A stretch of 63,059 bases of DNA, counting the filler, from Octopus bimaculoides (lineage: Eukaryota), in assembly GCF_001194135.2 (NCBI RefSeq). It is 4 parts of 4 records of this genome, joined end to end, with 100 filler letters (N's around TTAATTAATTAA, not from the genome) between each part and the next. Parts side by side here need not be neighbours in the genome. Positions count along the whole stretch, not along the records: positions 28,433 to 52,442 come from NC_068986.1; 3 more parts are not named here. One strand, given 5' to 3'. This document shows positions 40,120 to 50,858 of this stretch, piece after piece. Numbering within the stretch: the first letter of the stretch is position 1; every line of letters starts with the position of its first letter. The notes under the pieces were generated by a model. The model saw nothing but the letters and a program-made list of their open reading frames with translations, was not told the origin of the DNA and ran no database searches. The position numbers and the translations under genes are program-made.

Positions 40120-41569
40120 ACACATACACACACATACACACAAACAAACAAGCAAACACGCAAACACGCATACATTCAAAAATATCCTTTTGATGTTGAA
40201 ATTCCAACGAAGGAACCTCGGATCTAGGTTAGAAACTGAGTCTTTCTATATTGGCAAAAAACCTTGGAATAAAACTGAATAATGACATACATACATACAT
40301 ACATACATACATACATACATACATACGTAATATAAAATACTGGCACTCCATCGATTACCACGACGAGGGTTACAGTTGATCCGATCAAAACTTCTGTCAA
40401 ATGTAAACATAAACAGGCCGGATATTGTTGTTTGAGACAGACGGGCAAAGGTACGTATCATCATAGAGGTCAGCTGCCCTGCAGATATAAATATCTCTTT
40501 GAAAAATCAAAGGAAAAGAGGATATTTATGGACAACTCCTCGAAACCTCTAGCTTCTATATCCAGATTATGAATTCATATTCATACCAATAATAATTGGA
40601 GCATTTGGTTTTGTTAGTAAATGCTTAAAGGAGAATCTGGATAAACTGGGATTTTCAGGAAGAGAAATCGACCGGCTAATTCGTACATTACAAGTCCAAT
40701 CTGTGAGTGGAACAGTAAAAATATGCAATATTTTTCCCAGGTTCCAAATGTGAATTTGTCTGTGTTAATTACATCCCAAGAATTGAGCCTTGTATGTTTG
40801 TTGGAAGTCGGCTCTCTCCTCAGTGGAAGATTTCTAATAATTAATAAATAGAAGAGAAATACATAAAGGCGCACATATATTCTTGAATCCCACCACAGAC
40901 ACACACGTCAAACCTCTTATGTAAACCATTCCAGACGTGACAAGATCATCCTATTGGACATATAGCACCCAGGATCACATTACCTAACGTGATCCTTTTA
41001 TTAGGTCTAATCTGAAGGAATTTTATCTGATATTTCTATCGAAACAAGCGATCATGTAGAATCCCTCTTGTTGCTTCAACACGCACATATTGACGCAGAA
41101 GCATAAACACACAGACAGACACAAGCACACGAATACACACGAATAACACATGCACAAATATGCTAACACACATAGATATACATACGCGTATACACTCACA
41201 GACCGAGGCATATGCACACAAACACACATATACACACAAATATACACATACAGGTAGAGGTAAAAAAAAGAAAGAGGCAAATGAAACCACTCACCTGTGT
41301 CTAATACAATCCCCCTCATTTGATGCAAATAGACATCGAGGGTCCCCTCATAGAAATTCAGCGGGTTATCTGTGGATTAAATACAGCAAGCATCGTTATA
41401 ATATAGCGATAGTGTTTGAGTGATTGAGATGAAAGTGTTTGAGATGAAAGTTGGACGTGATAATAGAGATGCAGTAAATGTTGTAATAGTGGTGGTCGAG
41501 GCTACAGTGGTGATGGTAGGGGTACTGGTGGTGGTGGTGGTGGTGGTGGTAGTGGTGGTGGTGGTGGTG

Positions 41570-41600
<31 letters not shown>

Positions 41601-43332
41601 GTGGCGGCGGCGGCGGCGGCGGCGTCGTTGTCGTCGGCGGCGTCGTGCTGCTGCTGCTGCTGCTGGTGATACGGGTGCTGCTAGTGTTTGTAGAGGGGCT
41701 GCTGCTGCCTATAGAGGTGCTGCTGCTAGTGCTGCTGCTGCTGGTGGTGTTTGTAGAGGTGCTACGGCTACTGGTGATGATAGCAGGCTGTCATTGACAT
41801 TGGATGAACTGATACTGGAGGTATGTTAATTGTGGCATTAATAGGTGGGGGAGGGGTGTCAGATTTAGAGATGATGGCAGTGGACTTCGTTCAAATAATT
41901 TTGATAGCGTTTGTGCTTTCCCTGTCTTTCCTTTTCCTCACTACAATCTCCACTTATATTCTGAAGAAGAACTATATCCGAAACGTCACAATTAACTATT
42001 ATCCAGTTTTCCCTGCGTCAAAATAATTATTTTGAATAAAAGCTTGTCTATGCTTTTATGCTTGTATATAAATATACACATCGGTATGAGGTAGAAAGTA
42101 ATTTCATGGCCAATCAAAAACCAAAACCGGTATAACTACTGGTTATTGATCGGCTGCGAAACAATTCCAATATTGTAATATGATTACAAGAATGATACTG
42201 ATATAAGCTAGCTAGTAAAACATAAGTATTAGATGTGACTTAAGCTTTGGAAATAGGCATTTGATATAATTGCAAACTTGAACTCTCAGCAGGCACTGGA
42301 GGTGTTGTTCGCAACTCTATCTCACCCAACATCCCGTGTTGGGATGTTTTTCATGTTAAACTGTATTAGTAGTCTAAAAATTATTAGAAATGCTGATGTG
42401 ATGAGATTAGGTTAATCACCAAGCCAGCCAACTAGTAGAAACGTTAGTATGCCGAGCAAAATGCCTACCGACATTTCGTCCATGTTCTAAGTTCAAACTC
42501 TGCCGGAGTCGACTCTGCCTTGCAACCCATTGAACACTGAAGTTGATGTAATTGACTAACTCCCAGCCCCGAATCTGCTGGTTTGTGCCAGAAAATTGAA
42601 ACCAATACTAGTTTAATCATTGCATCAAGGAATAGCGGGGTGTAATTCCAAAAATGTTCCAGACTTATTAGCTCTCTTCAGCGGAGTATAAACTTTATCA
42701 TACCGGTCCACCTTGTTATTTACTTACTTAAATATTTTACTTATTTAAATATTGCAGTATTTCTACCACCACCCCGTCAGGCTCTGTTTTGTACATGTAC
42801 TTATTATTAATTTCCTTAGCCCTACGAGAAAAGTATATACCCAGCAGAGAAGGACTTATAGGACCAAAACATGCCTGGAGTTGCCTTCCTTACTTGGCAA
42901 AAATGTTTTTAAATAATGGAGTTTTTTCTCCGTTATGTTTATGTCTTTTTCTTACAACTAAAATATTTATAATTAGATTTCTAATATACGTTTCATTACG
43001 TTGACACTATCTTAAGTTCTGCTTCTCAGACAGCCTTTCTGTACAATTAATGATAGAGTTTTTCATAGTTAATAGATAACTGAGAATAAAAATGTTTTTT
43101 TCTGCTTACTTGCGTTGCTCAGACTAGTCAATCTTGGAATCTGCCAAAATAAAGAAAAGATTTCAACACTGAAATAGACGCGAACGTGGCTGTGCGGTAA
43201 GAAGTTTGTTGCCCAAACATATAATCCTGGTTCAATCCCACTACGTGGCACATTGGGTAAGGATGTTCTGCAATAGCCCTGAGCCAACAAAAGCCTTGTG
43301 TGTGTGTGTCTATATATTGTAGATAGATAGAC

Positions 43333-43384
<52 letters not shown>

Positions 43385-43733
43385 GACTGTATGTGTGGTG
43401 TAACTCTGTGTGAGTGGCTTTGTTTTCGCATATCTCTCCACCACCACTTGACAACCGGTGTTGGTTACTAACGTCCCCATAACATAGCGGTTCACCGATA
43501 GAATAAGCACCAGGCTTAAAAACAATGGTTACTGGAGTCGATTTGTTCTCACTAAACTCCTTAAGCTGATGCTCCAGCATGGTCGTTTTCAAACGACTGA
43601 AATAAATAAAAGATGAAATACTTAAGATATGAAATTGCTCGTATCTGAAAAGAATTTTACTTTCTGGTTTGAGTCTTCTGTAGACTATTTCGATGGAGAG
43701 AAACAAAAGGTGAAAATATTTAGATGATGAACA

Positions 43734-43768
<35 letters not shown>

Positions 43769-45747
43769 ATATAGATATTAATATATTTACAGAACAGACT
43801 TACATGGAGAACAAAGATACATGAAATTAAGGGGAGGAAGCATGGTAAAGAGATTGGTATCTAATATACCAATCTCTCCGCCCTGCAGACGATAATCAGA
43901 TTAACGTAATGTTTCTATGCATCGACTTCTGGTTACATATTCTTGACATTTTGCACACTCCATCTGCTAATATTGCAAATATTACGGATTTCCGATGTCC
44001 CAGAAACAGTTGTCGGACCTGAAATAACATGCCCTCATCCCGGAGTCCATGTAAATATTTTCTGTAAATATATAAATACCTATATGCTTTTATATGAATG
44101 TTCATGTGAATATTTTCAGTTTTTGCTTCTGTCTCTCTCTCTATATATATATCCTTAGATACGTATCGTGATCAATAAGTATCCGGAGTGTTGCTATAGT
44201 AACGAAGCTAAAGCACGCAGAGTGAAGCTGCTTGGCACGGATTGACCTTGAACTCTGCTCTGCATGTTGCACTAAGTTTTAACGTTCTAGTTCACTTTCA
44301 CAGTTTACAGCAGTGTTTGGAAGGAAGATTTGTATCATGTGATCGTCGCATTGGCCATGACAGAGAAAGTTGAGCAGAAAATCTGCATCAAATTTTGCCA
44401 AAAGCTTGGCGATACCAACTCAGAGGCCTACTCAAAGTTTTCAAAATGTTTTCATCGTTCACGATACAATCAAGTATATCTTGTGCAACTGAAACCCCAG
44501 TGTCCTTTTGGTTAGCTGAAAGCAGTTTTGTCAGAAACAGGCAGACACGCGTCTCATACCCAAATCTTCAGTGATAATGGACTGAACTGAACCGTAACTA
44601 ATCTGCACATCCTCTGATAAATCACGGATGGCGATTCGACAATTCCCTCTCACAGCTGCATGCATATCTACGAGGTTTTTTCTCAGTTTTGCTGGTTGTG
44701 GGTCACCTAGAACATTTGTCACTATCGACATTTTTCGGCCACTTGTGAGCGGCTCATACAATCCTCTCCATACACTTTCTGCAACTCTGTGCATGCCTCT
44801 GAGCAGGTATCACCATGAAAATTTTTTCTATCACGGTCAATGCGTCGATCACACACTACACACCTTCCTTCCAAGCACTGCTGTAAACAGCAGAAGCGAG
44901 TTAGAACGTTAAAACTTAGTGCGTATACACATCAGTCTTCAAGATCAATCTGTGCCAATCCGTTTCACTCTGCGTGCTTTAGTTTAGTTACTATGGCAAC
45001 AGGATATTTATTGATCAGACCTCGTATATATATTTACATGCCAATATATGTAGTTATATTTCATTTATCAATCCCAAGCGTGCTTACTTGTTTATTTGCA
45101 TCATTGTCTCCATATCAGTTCAACTGGATTCCTCTTATAGCCAATCTTTACCCCGAGGACTTAGTCCTCGATAAAGATTTCGAAGTGTAACTTCAAATCA
45201 TTTGAGTACTACTGTTTTCTATATTGAAGATCTTTGGATCTCTTCTGTTGACTACATGTGTGTGTTTACGTGATTATGTATTTATGTCTCCGTAACTTAG
45301 CGGTTCTACAAAACAAGCCATTTGAATAAGTACTACGCTTTCAAAGAATAAGTCCTGGGGTTGATTTCTTCGACTAAAACCTTTAAGGCGGTGCTCCAGC
45401 ATGACCGCAGTCAAATGATTGAAACAAGTAAAAGAATAAAAGAATATATATATATATATATATATATANNNNNNNNNNNNNNNNNNNNNNNNNNNNNNNN
45501 NNNNNNNNNNNNNNNNNNNNNNNNNNNNNNNNNNNNNNNNNNNNNNNNNNNNNNNNNNNNNNNNNNNNNNNNNNNNNNNNNNNNNNNNNNNNNNNNNNNN
45601 NNNNNNNNNNNNNNNNNNNNNNNNNNNNNNNNNNNNNNNNNNNNNNNNNNNNNNNNNNNNNNNNNNNNNNNNNNNNNNNNNNNNNNNNNNNNNNNNNNNN
45701 NNNNNNNNNNNNNNNNNNNNNNNNNNNNNNNNNNNNNNNNNNNNNNN

Positions 45748-45801
<54 letters not shown>

Positions 45802-46564
45802 GTGTGTGTGTGTACAGACATATAGTCAGGTGAAGAAAACTGTTTAAAATGGTAGACATCGACTTACTATTCCGTAATTTGCTATACAACTCTCATATGC
45901 CACCAGATCCATATCTAAGAGAGAGAAAAAAAAAGGATATTCATTTCGTTCATTTAATCTCAAATACAAACGACAAGTTTAATGGGTCGCATGGACTTAA
46001 ACCATGTCGGTAAAATATAAACATGATGGTAAGAAAAATTGGAAGACAACACTAGGAATGAATTGGAAATTTTAGAAATTTCCTGAGGGCGGGACAGTAT
46101 TATCTCTGTGTCCACTACCATGTAGCTCTCATCTGTTTATGCTATGCACGTGTTGCTGGAGCATTTCATTGTTTGGCATATGACACACTAACATACATGC
46201 GATATTCTTACGATTGCTCATTTACATATCTGCAAACACGGAAATATCATCCAGTCTACTCTTAAGTAGTTGGTGTTAGGAAGGGTATCCTATTGTAGAT
46301 ACCATGCCAAAGCTGACATAGGAAATGGTGGTTCTATATCTGACTCCTCTGTTCTTGTCAAACCATCCAGTCATGCTAGCATAGATAAAAAGGATAATGA
46401 TAATGATGATGATGATGATGATGATGATACATACATGTACATGCATGTAAATACAAACACATACACACACATATATATATGCACAAACAAATGCATACAC
46501 ATACACGCACACACACTCTCCCTCCCTCCCTCTCCCTCTCTCTTTCTCTCTAAGTAAATATGTC

Positions 46565-46648
<84 letters not shown>

Positions 46649-48271
46649 AAGAATTTCAAGCACTTATAAATGGACTTGATTTAAACGTTCAATTCACGAT
46701 GAAATATAGCCATCAACACCTTCCCTTCCTCGACATCCTCATTAAGAAATCTAACAACGTAATAGAAACAGATCTATACTATAAGCCCACGGACTCCAAG
46801 CAATATCTATCGTTCAACTCATGCCACCCCAGACACACCAGAATAAATACCTCCTTCAATCTAGCAAAAAGGATCCGTACTATAGTTTCTAATACAAGCA
46901 CCAGGGGCACACGACTACATGAACTAAAGGATACATTAATCACCAGGAACTACCCGCCTTCACTAATTAACATATGCTTTCAACGTGCCCTACAACTCAA
47001 CATCCACGAATTCATACATCCCCATTAAAGAAGGATTTACAAACAAAAGCTCTACCATACATCTCCACACACAACCCTCTTAACCATGAAGCCTTCGATA
47101 CCATCCTTCGAAACATTCCCCTGCTAAAAACGGACCCCAGAATGAACTTAATCCTCCAAACACACACCATCATAAAGCGCAAGAGACAACCCAAATCTAT
47201 GGAAAGTCTCTTAAAACAAGCCCGTATATGCTCAACAACACTGAAGCCGTTAGTAAGAAAATGCGGAAGACCCAAGTGTGGGAAATGCGTCAATTTAATT
47301 GAGGGATCAGAGTTCTTCTTCAAACAGAGACAACGTTTCACAGTGAAAAGCAGCTTTGCTCGTGCTTCGGAGAACCTGATATACGCACTAACCTGCTCTG
47401 GATGTTAAGAGCAATACATAGGCCAAACAAAAAAACAGTTTACGTCAAAGGATGGCTCTGCACAGGTCCCAGATCAAAATTCCGAAAAACATAAAAATAG
47501 CATTCAGCCAACACATCGACATTTGCACCAATAACAAAAATCCAAGCTTCAGAAATTTTACCCTTTTTGAACGCATCTACAACAAATGACACATCCACCA
47601 TGACTTTAGAATAACACACACGCAAATATTAAAAATGATACATTCAGAAGAGATACCCAAGAATTCATTTAAAACAGTCCTAATCACTACTATAATCCAT
47701 GAGCCACTTTTAGATTACTTGACCATTTAACATCCTACTACTATCATACCACCCCACATTCTTTTATTATTCTTTCTCTTCTCCTCCTTCCCCTTTCTCT
47801 TCATCTTTTTCTTCCTCTCCGCCACATCCTTCCTTATTTTACCACTACTGCTGTTTAGAATAACACCCACGGAAATATTAAAAACATTCAAAAGAGATGT
47901 CTCAAGAATTCAATCACCACTACCATCCACAACAAGTCACTTTCAGAGCACTTGACCATTTAACATCCTACTACTATAATACCACTCCCGCATTCTTTTC
48001 TTCTTCTTCTTCTTCTTCTTCTTCTTCTTCTTCTTCTTCTTCTTCTTCTTCTTCTTCTTCTTCTTCTCTGCCAAGTATTCAGTACGACCTCGAACCCACA
48101 AGAGTAAATAAGAGAGACAGAGACAGGCAGAAACAAAGAAAATGTCCCTTGTATTTGGATACTATGCAAATGTTCATTTAAAAAACTTTTCATTTAATTT
48201 TTCCAAAATTTAATTGATTTCCATACTTAGAGCTGGAAAAGTCTCAATGACTGAAACCGGTNNNNNNNNNN

Positions 48272-48328
<57 letters not shown>

Positions 48329-48955
48329 CCATCTCAACATCTTACACCAAACTTCCAATGATTTCTTGTACAGAAAGCTCAAAACATTCCATAGTTTTGT
48401 TAAGGCAATTTTGTCTCCTTCAGCAACACAAATATTCTAACAAAACATATCAAAAACATTACATATTAAGTGCTATATTCATAACCCTAGCTAACCTTGG
48501 ATAACAGGCAACCAGATCATCAAATTGCTACTAGTACTAGACTTCATTATCATGATGATCTTTCATAGCAAACGCACATCATCAAGCAACCGACAACTGC
48601 ACCGTGAGACAAACAAAACCAGATGCGTACAACAGATATACTCTTTCTGCAGTATTTACAAGACTTTTATGTTGATATAAACACACATTTGGCACCTAAG
48701 GAATAATGATATACGTATAAAAATAAACTGAGCAATTGTAAACAATTGCGAAACTACAACTACACACACTCTCACACGCATACACACCCAATATATTTCT
48801 TTTATATTTATTTGTTTCAACAGAAACAAATCCACAGCAGAAAAAAATATTCTTGCATTATTACTTACACGCGTAATCATGATTTTCGATTAGGTCTTTC
48901 CAAGTTTGGTATTCAACTCGCGAGAAAAATAGTAAATGGTAATATTTTTTGTCGA
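28997..48955 (-). CDS. Spliced gene, partial (>=10 exons): divergent BCR/ABR-like PH-C2-RhoGAP protein; 5' and 3' exons not located
   Basis: Ten exons with AG/GT boundaries join in one open frame with matching phases (1,1,0,1,1,0,0,2,1,1,1). The peptide follows the BCR/ABR order: PH C-terminal helix, C2 (LQVDYLG...FEISLNCSQTLRI), linker (VFGQCI), RhoGAP start (KREERKIPLIVTSCIEEIEQRG). Compared with BCR from memory, not by search. Confidence 0.88.
31726..31803 (-). CDS. Exon (78 nt, phase 1-1): GLDTSFIYIMRGDDTRVNDLVAVFDI, RhoGAP arginine-finger segment with Arg replaced
   Basis: Acceptor tttttctgttttcctcgaAG, donor GTAAGT. Aligns without gaps to BCR [25 protein letters not shown]. Confidence 0.92.
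32835..32896 (-). CDS. Exon (62 nt, phase 2-1): KREERKIPLIVTSCIEEIEQR, RhoGAP helix A
   Basis: Acceptor ttgttttgaaaAG, donor AG|GTAAGA. Close match to BCR KRERSKVPYIVRQCVEEIERR. Confidence 0.95.
33535..33630. repeat. 17-bp minisatellite GCCAACGATTCCGGCAT, 5 full units plus a partial, inside a family B SINE head
   Basis: Units start at 33535, 33552, 33569, 33586 and 33603; two carry one substitution each. Confidence 0.95.
33776..33924 (-). CDS. Exon (149 nt, phase 0-2): RLYLVMSVRFFAHEF...RMRGKVFGQCIKDVL, end of C2 and pre-GAP VFG motif
   Basis: Acceptor ctttactctcactctgtcttgcAG, donor GTGAGT. Resembles BCR VKLSVKFNSREF...TGVFGVKIAVV. Confidence 0.9.
34425..34470 (+). ncRNA. Decayed hammerhead motif
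   Basis: (G)TGAGGA...GAA ACAATTGT A GTGAT. Perfect 8-nt palindromic helix III; C3 lost and helix II disrupted. Confidence 0.35.
35360..35425 (-). CDS. Exon (66 nt, phase 0-0): LHTAYLSDHYCLVTVPLIPADS
   Basis: Acceptor atcttttgttgtcAG, donor GTAAGT. Position matches BCR LDPQALQDRDWQRTVIAM. Confidence 0.85.
37343..37554 (-). CDS. Exon (212 nt, phase 1-0): ADVFLTLQVDYLGGFFSRVFTSDITKMSRDLIFDQKFEISLNCSQTLRINAYKRNPSTFQDFQFFAMGTFE, C2 core
   Basis: Acceptor tttttcttcttaccatatttccAG, donor AA|GTAAAT. Aligns to BCR LEVDSFGYFVNKAKT...[20 protein letters not shown]. Overlaps track ORF 37292-37537. Confidence 0.92.
38280..39960 (+). mobile_element. R4/Dong-like non-LTR retrotransposon, internally deleted and degenerate
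   Basis: GVPSPEDIDSF*KKIWSEEEFNQDALWLEEI, YAFAIQEQEIST, CRLCGVNTKDITHIISSC and KCKHNRPDVVVWD...VEINCPAD. The RT catalytic core is absent. Confidence 0.8.
40390..40760 (+). mobile_element. Second, diverged R4/Dong-like endonuclease 3' fragment
   Basis: KCKHKQAGYC-like start, IIEVSCPADINISLK and FIFIPIIIGAFGFV are collinear with 39600-39950. Confidence 0.75.
41295..41369 (-). CDS. Exon (75 nt, phase 1-1): NNPLNFYEGTLDVYLHQMRGIVLDT, first C2 strand
   Basis: Acceptor tttaatccacAG, donor AG|GTGAGT. Resembles BCR LYGFLNVIVHSATGF. Confidence 0.85.
41956..41992 (+). ncRNA. Degenerate minimal hammerhead motif in a Penelope-like 3' remnant
   Basis: CTGAAGA AGAACTATATCC GAA ACGT C. Core intact; helices I and II eroded. 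Confidence 0.45.
43110..43140 (-). CDS. Exon (31 nt, phase 0-1): IPRLTSLSNA
   Basis: Acceptor cttttctttattttggcAG, donor GTAAGC. Phase-compatible; resembles the BCR IPLT segment before C2. Confidence 0.65.
44162..45024 (-). mobile_element. Non-autonomous mariner derivative with fold-back ends (two 5' ends), TA TSD
   Basis: TA-CGTATCGTGATCAATAAGTATCCGG ... GGATATTTATTGATCAGACCTCG-TA. MTEKVEQKICIKFCQKLGDT on + and ...SYGSVQSIITEDLGMRRVSA on -. Confidence 0.88.
45868..45914 (-). CDS. Exon (47 nt, phase 1-0): YMDLVAYESCIANYGI, PH-C2 linker
   Basis: Very strong acceptor tttttttttctctctcttAG and donor GTAAGT. Only one frame is open, and it is phase-compatible with both neighbours. Confidence 0.72.
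46645..47640 (+). mobile_element. Penelope-like (Neptune-type) RT C-terminus and GIY-YIG endonuclease, frameshifted
   Basis: LPFLDILI...TDLYYKPTDSKQYLSFNSCHP, Cys linker CGRPKCGKC, and NLIYALTCSGC*EQYIGQTK. A diverged ~150-bp tandem duplication follows (47600-47760 / 47855-48000). Confidence 0.88.
48869..48955 (-). CDS. Exon (87 nt, phase 1-1): xDKKYYHLLFFSRVEYQTWKDLIENHDYA, PH-domain last strand and helix
   Basis: Acceptor actacAG, donor GTAAGT. Resembles BCR KSYTFLISSDYERAEWRENIRE. Confidence 0.8.
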
Positions 48956-49199
48956 CTGTAGTTATTAGAGTGAGTTTCAAATGTGGGAGCATGAGTGCAA
49001 GAGAGGCTTCCTAGATTTAGAAAATAATTAAAAGCAATATGGCGGATAAAATGATCGGGAGTAGGTTAGACACGTTCTCAGTAAAGTTCAATAAAGATAT
49101 TTCTGATAAAGATATAGTTTCTATAGAAGTCTCATCTGTATAGTATGTTATATATAGGTGTAACAGAACTAGTGAACTAGTCTTTAACTCAACTCCACG

Positions 49200-49281
<82 letters not shown>

Positions 49282-49504
49282 AAGTATGGCGGTTTAGTTC
49301 ACAGGTGAGCTAAACGATTAGGTACGCTAAGTAAGTGCTGTAACGGACTACGAGGGCTCCAAGGTTATAGCAGAGACGGTAGTTATGGAGCCATTGCAGA
49401 TTTCCTATGTAGCGGATATATTATTGGTAAAGAGGACAACAAACATTAAGGCAAGGCATACATCTCAAGTCGTATACAACATTATTATTGGGAAAAAATT
49501 CAAA

Positions 49505-49560
49505 GTCTTACAGTTGTTTCTGGGATATCTCCGTGTATGAAATATTCCATCATCAGAGAC
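49505..49560 (-). ncRNA. Type I hammerhead ribozyme motif, sense to the host pre-mRNA
   Basis: Minus strand: GTCT CTGATGA TGGAATATTTC-atacacg-GAGATATCCCA GAA ACAACTGT A AGAC. Confidence 0.8.
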
Positions 49561-50177
49561 AAATAGGGATAAATAGGGAAAATGAGAATGGTGTATCTTA
49601 ATGAGATGATGACATAGAGGAAGGGAGTAAAAAAATAAGGAGCTGGAGAGAAAGAAGAAAAAAGAATAAATGTTTATAGCTGTAAAAACAAGAGCATAAG
49701 TCCTTAGGTGCAATCCTGCGAAGATCCATGTGGGTAAAAATCCTGATAAAATAAACCTCTAGAGAAAAAAGATGCGAACGTATTAACGTTCAATAACAGA
49801 ATGGTAGCGGAGGTGGCCATTAAGTGGTAAAAATAAAGAAAAGAAAAGAAATAGAAAGAGAAGTAGCCAGAGGGGGGATTTAAGGATTGGCTTAGGGTAA
49901 AGTAACTTCTGCTACTATTCTGTTATTGAACGTTGATATGTTCACGTCTATTTTCTCAAGAGGTTTATTATATCAGGATCTTAATCCAAATGGACCTACG
50001 CAGGATTGCACCTCAGGACTTATGCTCATGGATCTACGCAGAATTTCACCTAAGGATTTATGCTCTTGTTTATACAGCATCTTCTTTCTCGGCATCTCCT
50101 TATCCTTTTACTCCATTCCTCTATGTCATCATCGCATTAATATATACCATTCTCATTTTCCCTAGTTTTCCCTATTT

Positions 50178-50233
50178 GTCTCTGATGATGGAATATCCCA
50201 TACTCGGGGATATCCTAGAAACAGCTGTAAGGC
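50178..50233 (+). ncRNA. Type I hammerhead ribozyme motif
   Basis: GTCT CTGATGA TGGAATATCCC-atactcg-GGGATATCCTA GAA ACAGCTGT A AGGC. Perfect palindromic helix III. Confidence 0.83.
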
Positions 50234-50592
50234 TTTGAATTTTTTTCCAATAATAATATTGTATATGACTTAGGATGCTTGCCTTGCTTTAATGTTTGTT
50301 GTCCTCTTTAACAATTATATATATATANNNNNNNNNNNNNNNNNNNNNNNNNNNNNNNNNNNNNNNNNNNNNNNNNNNNNNNNNNNNNNNNNNNNNNNNN
50401 NNNNNNNNNNNNNNNNNNNNNNNNNNNNNNNNNNNNNNNNNNNNNNNNNNNNNNNNNNNNNNNNNNNNNNNNNNNNNNNNNNNNNNNNNNNNNNNNNNNN
50501 NNNNNNNNNNNNNNNNNNNNNNNNNNNNNNNNNNNNNNNNNNNNNNNNNNNNNNNNNNTATATATACATATATATATACATATATATACATA

Positions 50593-50628
<36 letters not shown>

Positions 50629-50644
50629 GAGAGTTTTTGAAGTG

Positions 50645-50858
50645 ATGTCAACATCCTAGAATGGCCAAGAACTTGTGGCGAGACTTGAAAACCAGGATGA
50701 TGGTTAGGAAACCGACCAACCTGACACAGCTCGAGGCTTTTGCTAAGGAAGAGCGGGCCAACATCCCACAGGAGACATGCAGGAAGCTTGTGGACACGTA
50801 CAAAAATCGTCTAGAAGTAGTCACAAAAAGCAAAGGCTATGCTATTAACTATTAAAGA
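50645..50858 (+). mobile_element. Tc1-family transposase C-terminal fragment
   Basis: VNILEWP, then (SPDLNPI deleted) NLWRDLK...PTNLTQLEAFAKEE..NIPQETCRKLVDTYKNRLEVV..KGYAINY*. Confidence 0.85.

Larger units (their letters stand above)
49416..50327. mobile_element. Inverted pair of Penelope-like pseudo-LTRs (arms ~49416-49814 and ~49905-50327), each with a hammerhead
   Basis: Arms align in reverse complement over ~400 bp with scattered substitutions. The right arm has a 38-bp internal tandem duplication and runs into an N gap. Confidence 0.8.

Noticed and set aside
43804-45914. Prolyl-4-hydroxylase-like ANYGIGG and LRR-like patterns from an early exon join
   Set aside because: No HxD motif follows, and the C2/RhoGAP reading explains the exons far better.
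48348-48438. Open 91-nt exon candidate NICVAEGDKIALTKLWNVLSFLYKKSLEVW
   Set aside because: Phase 0-1 does not fit after the phase-1 48869 donor, and the chain is complete without it.
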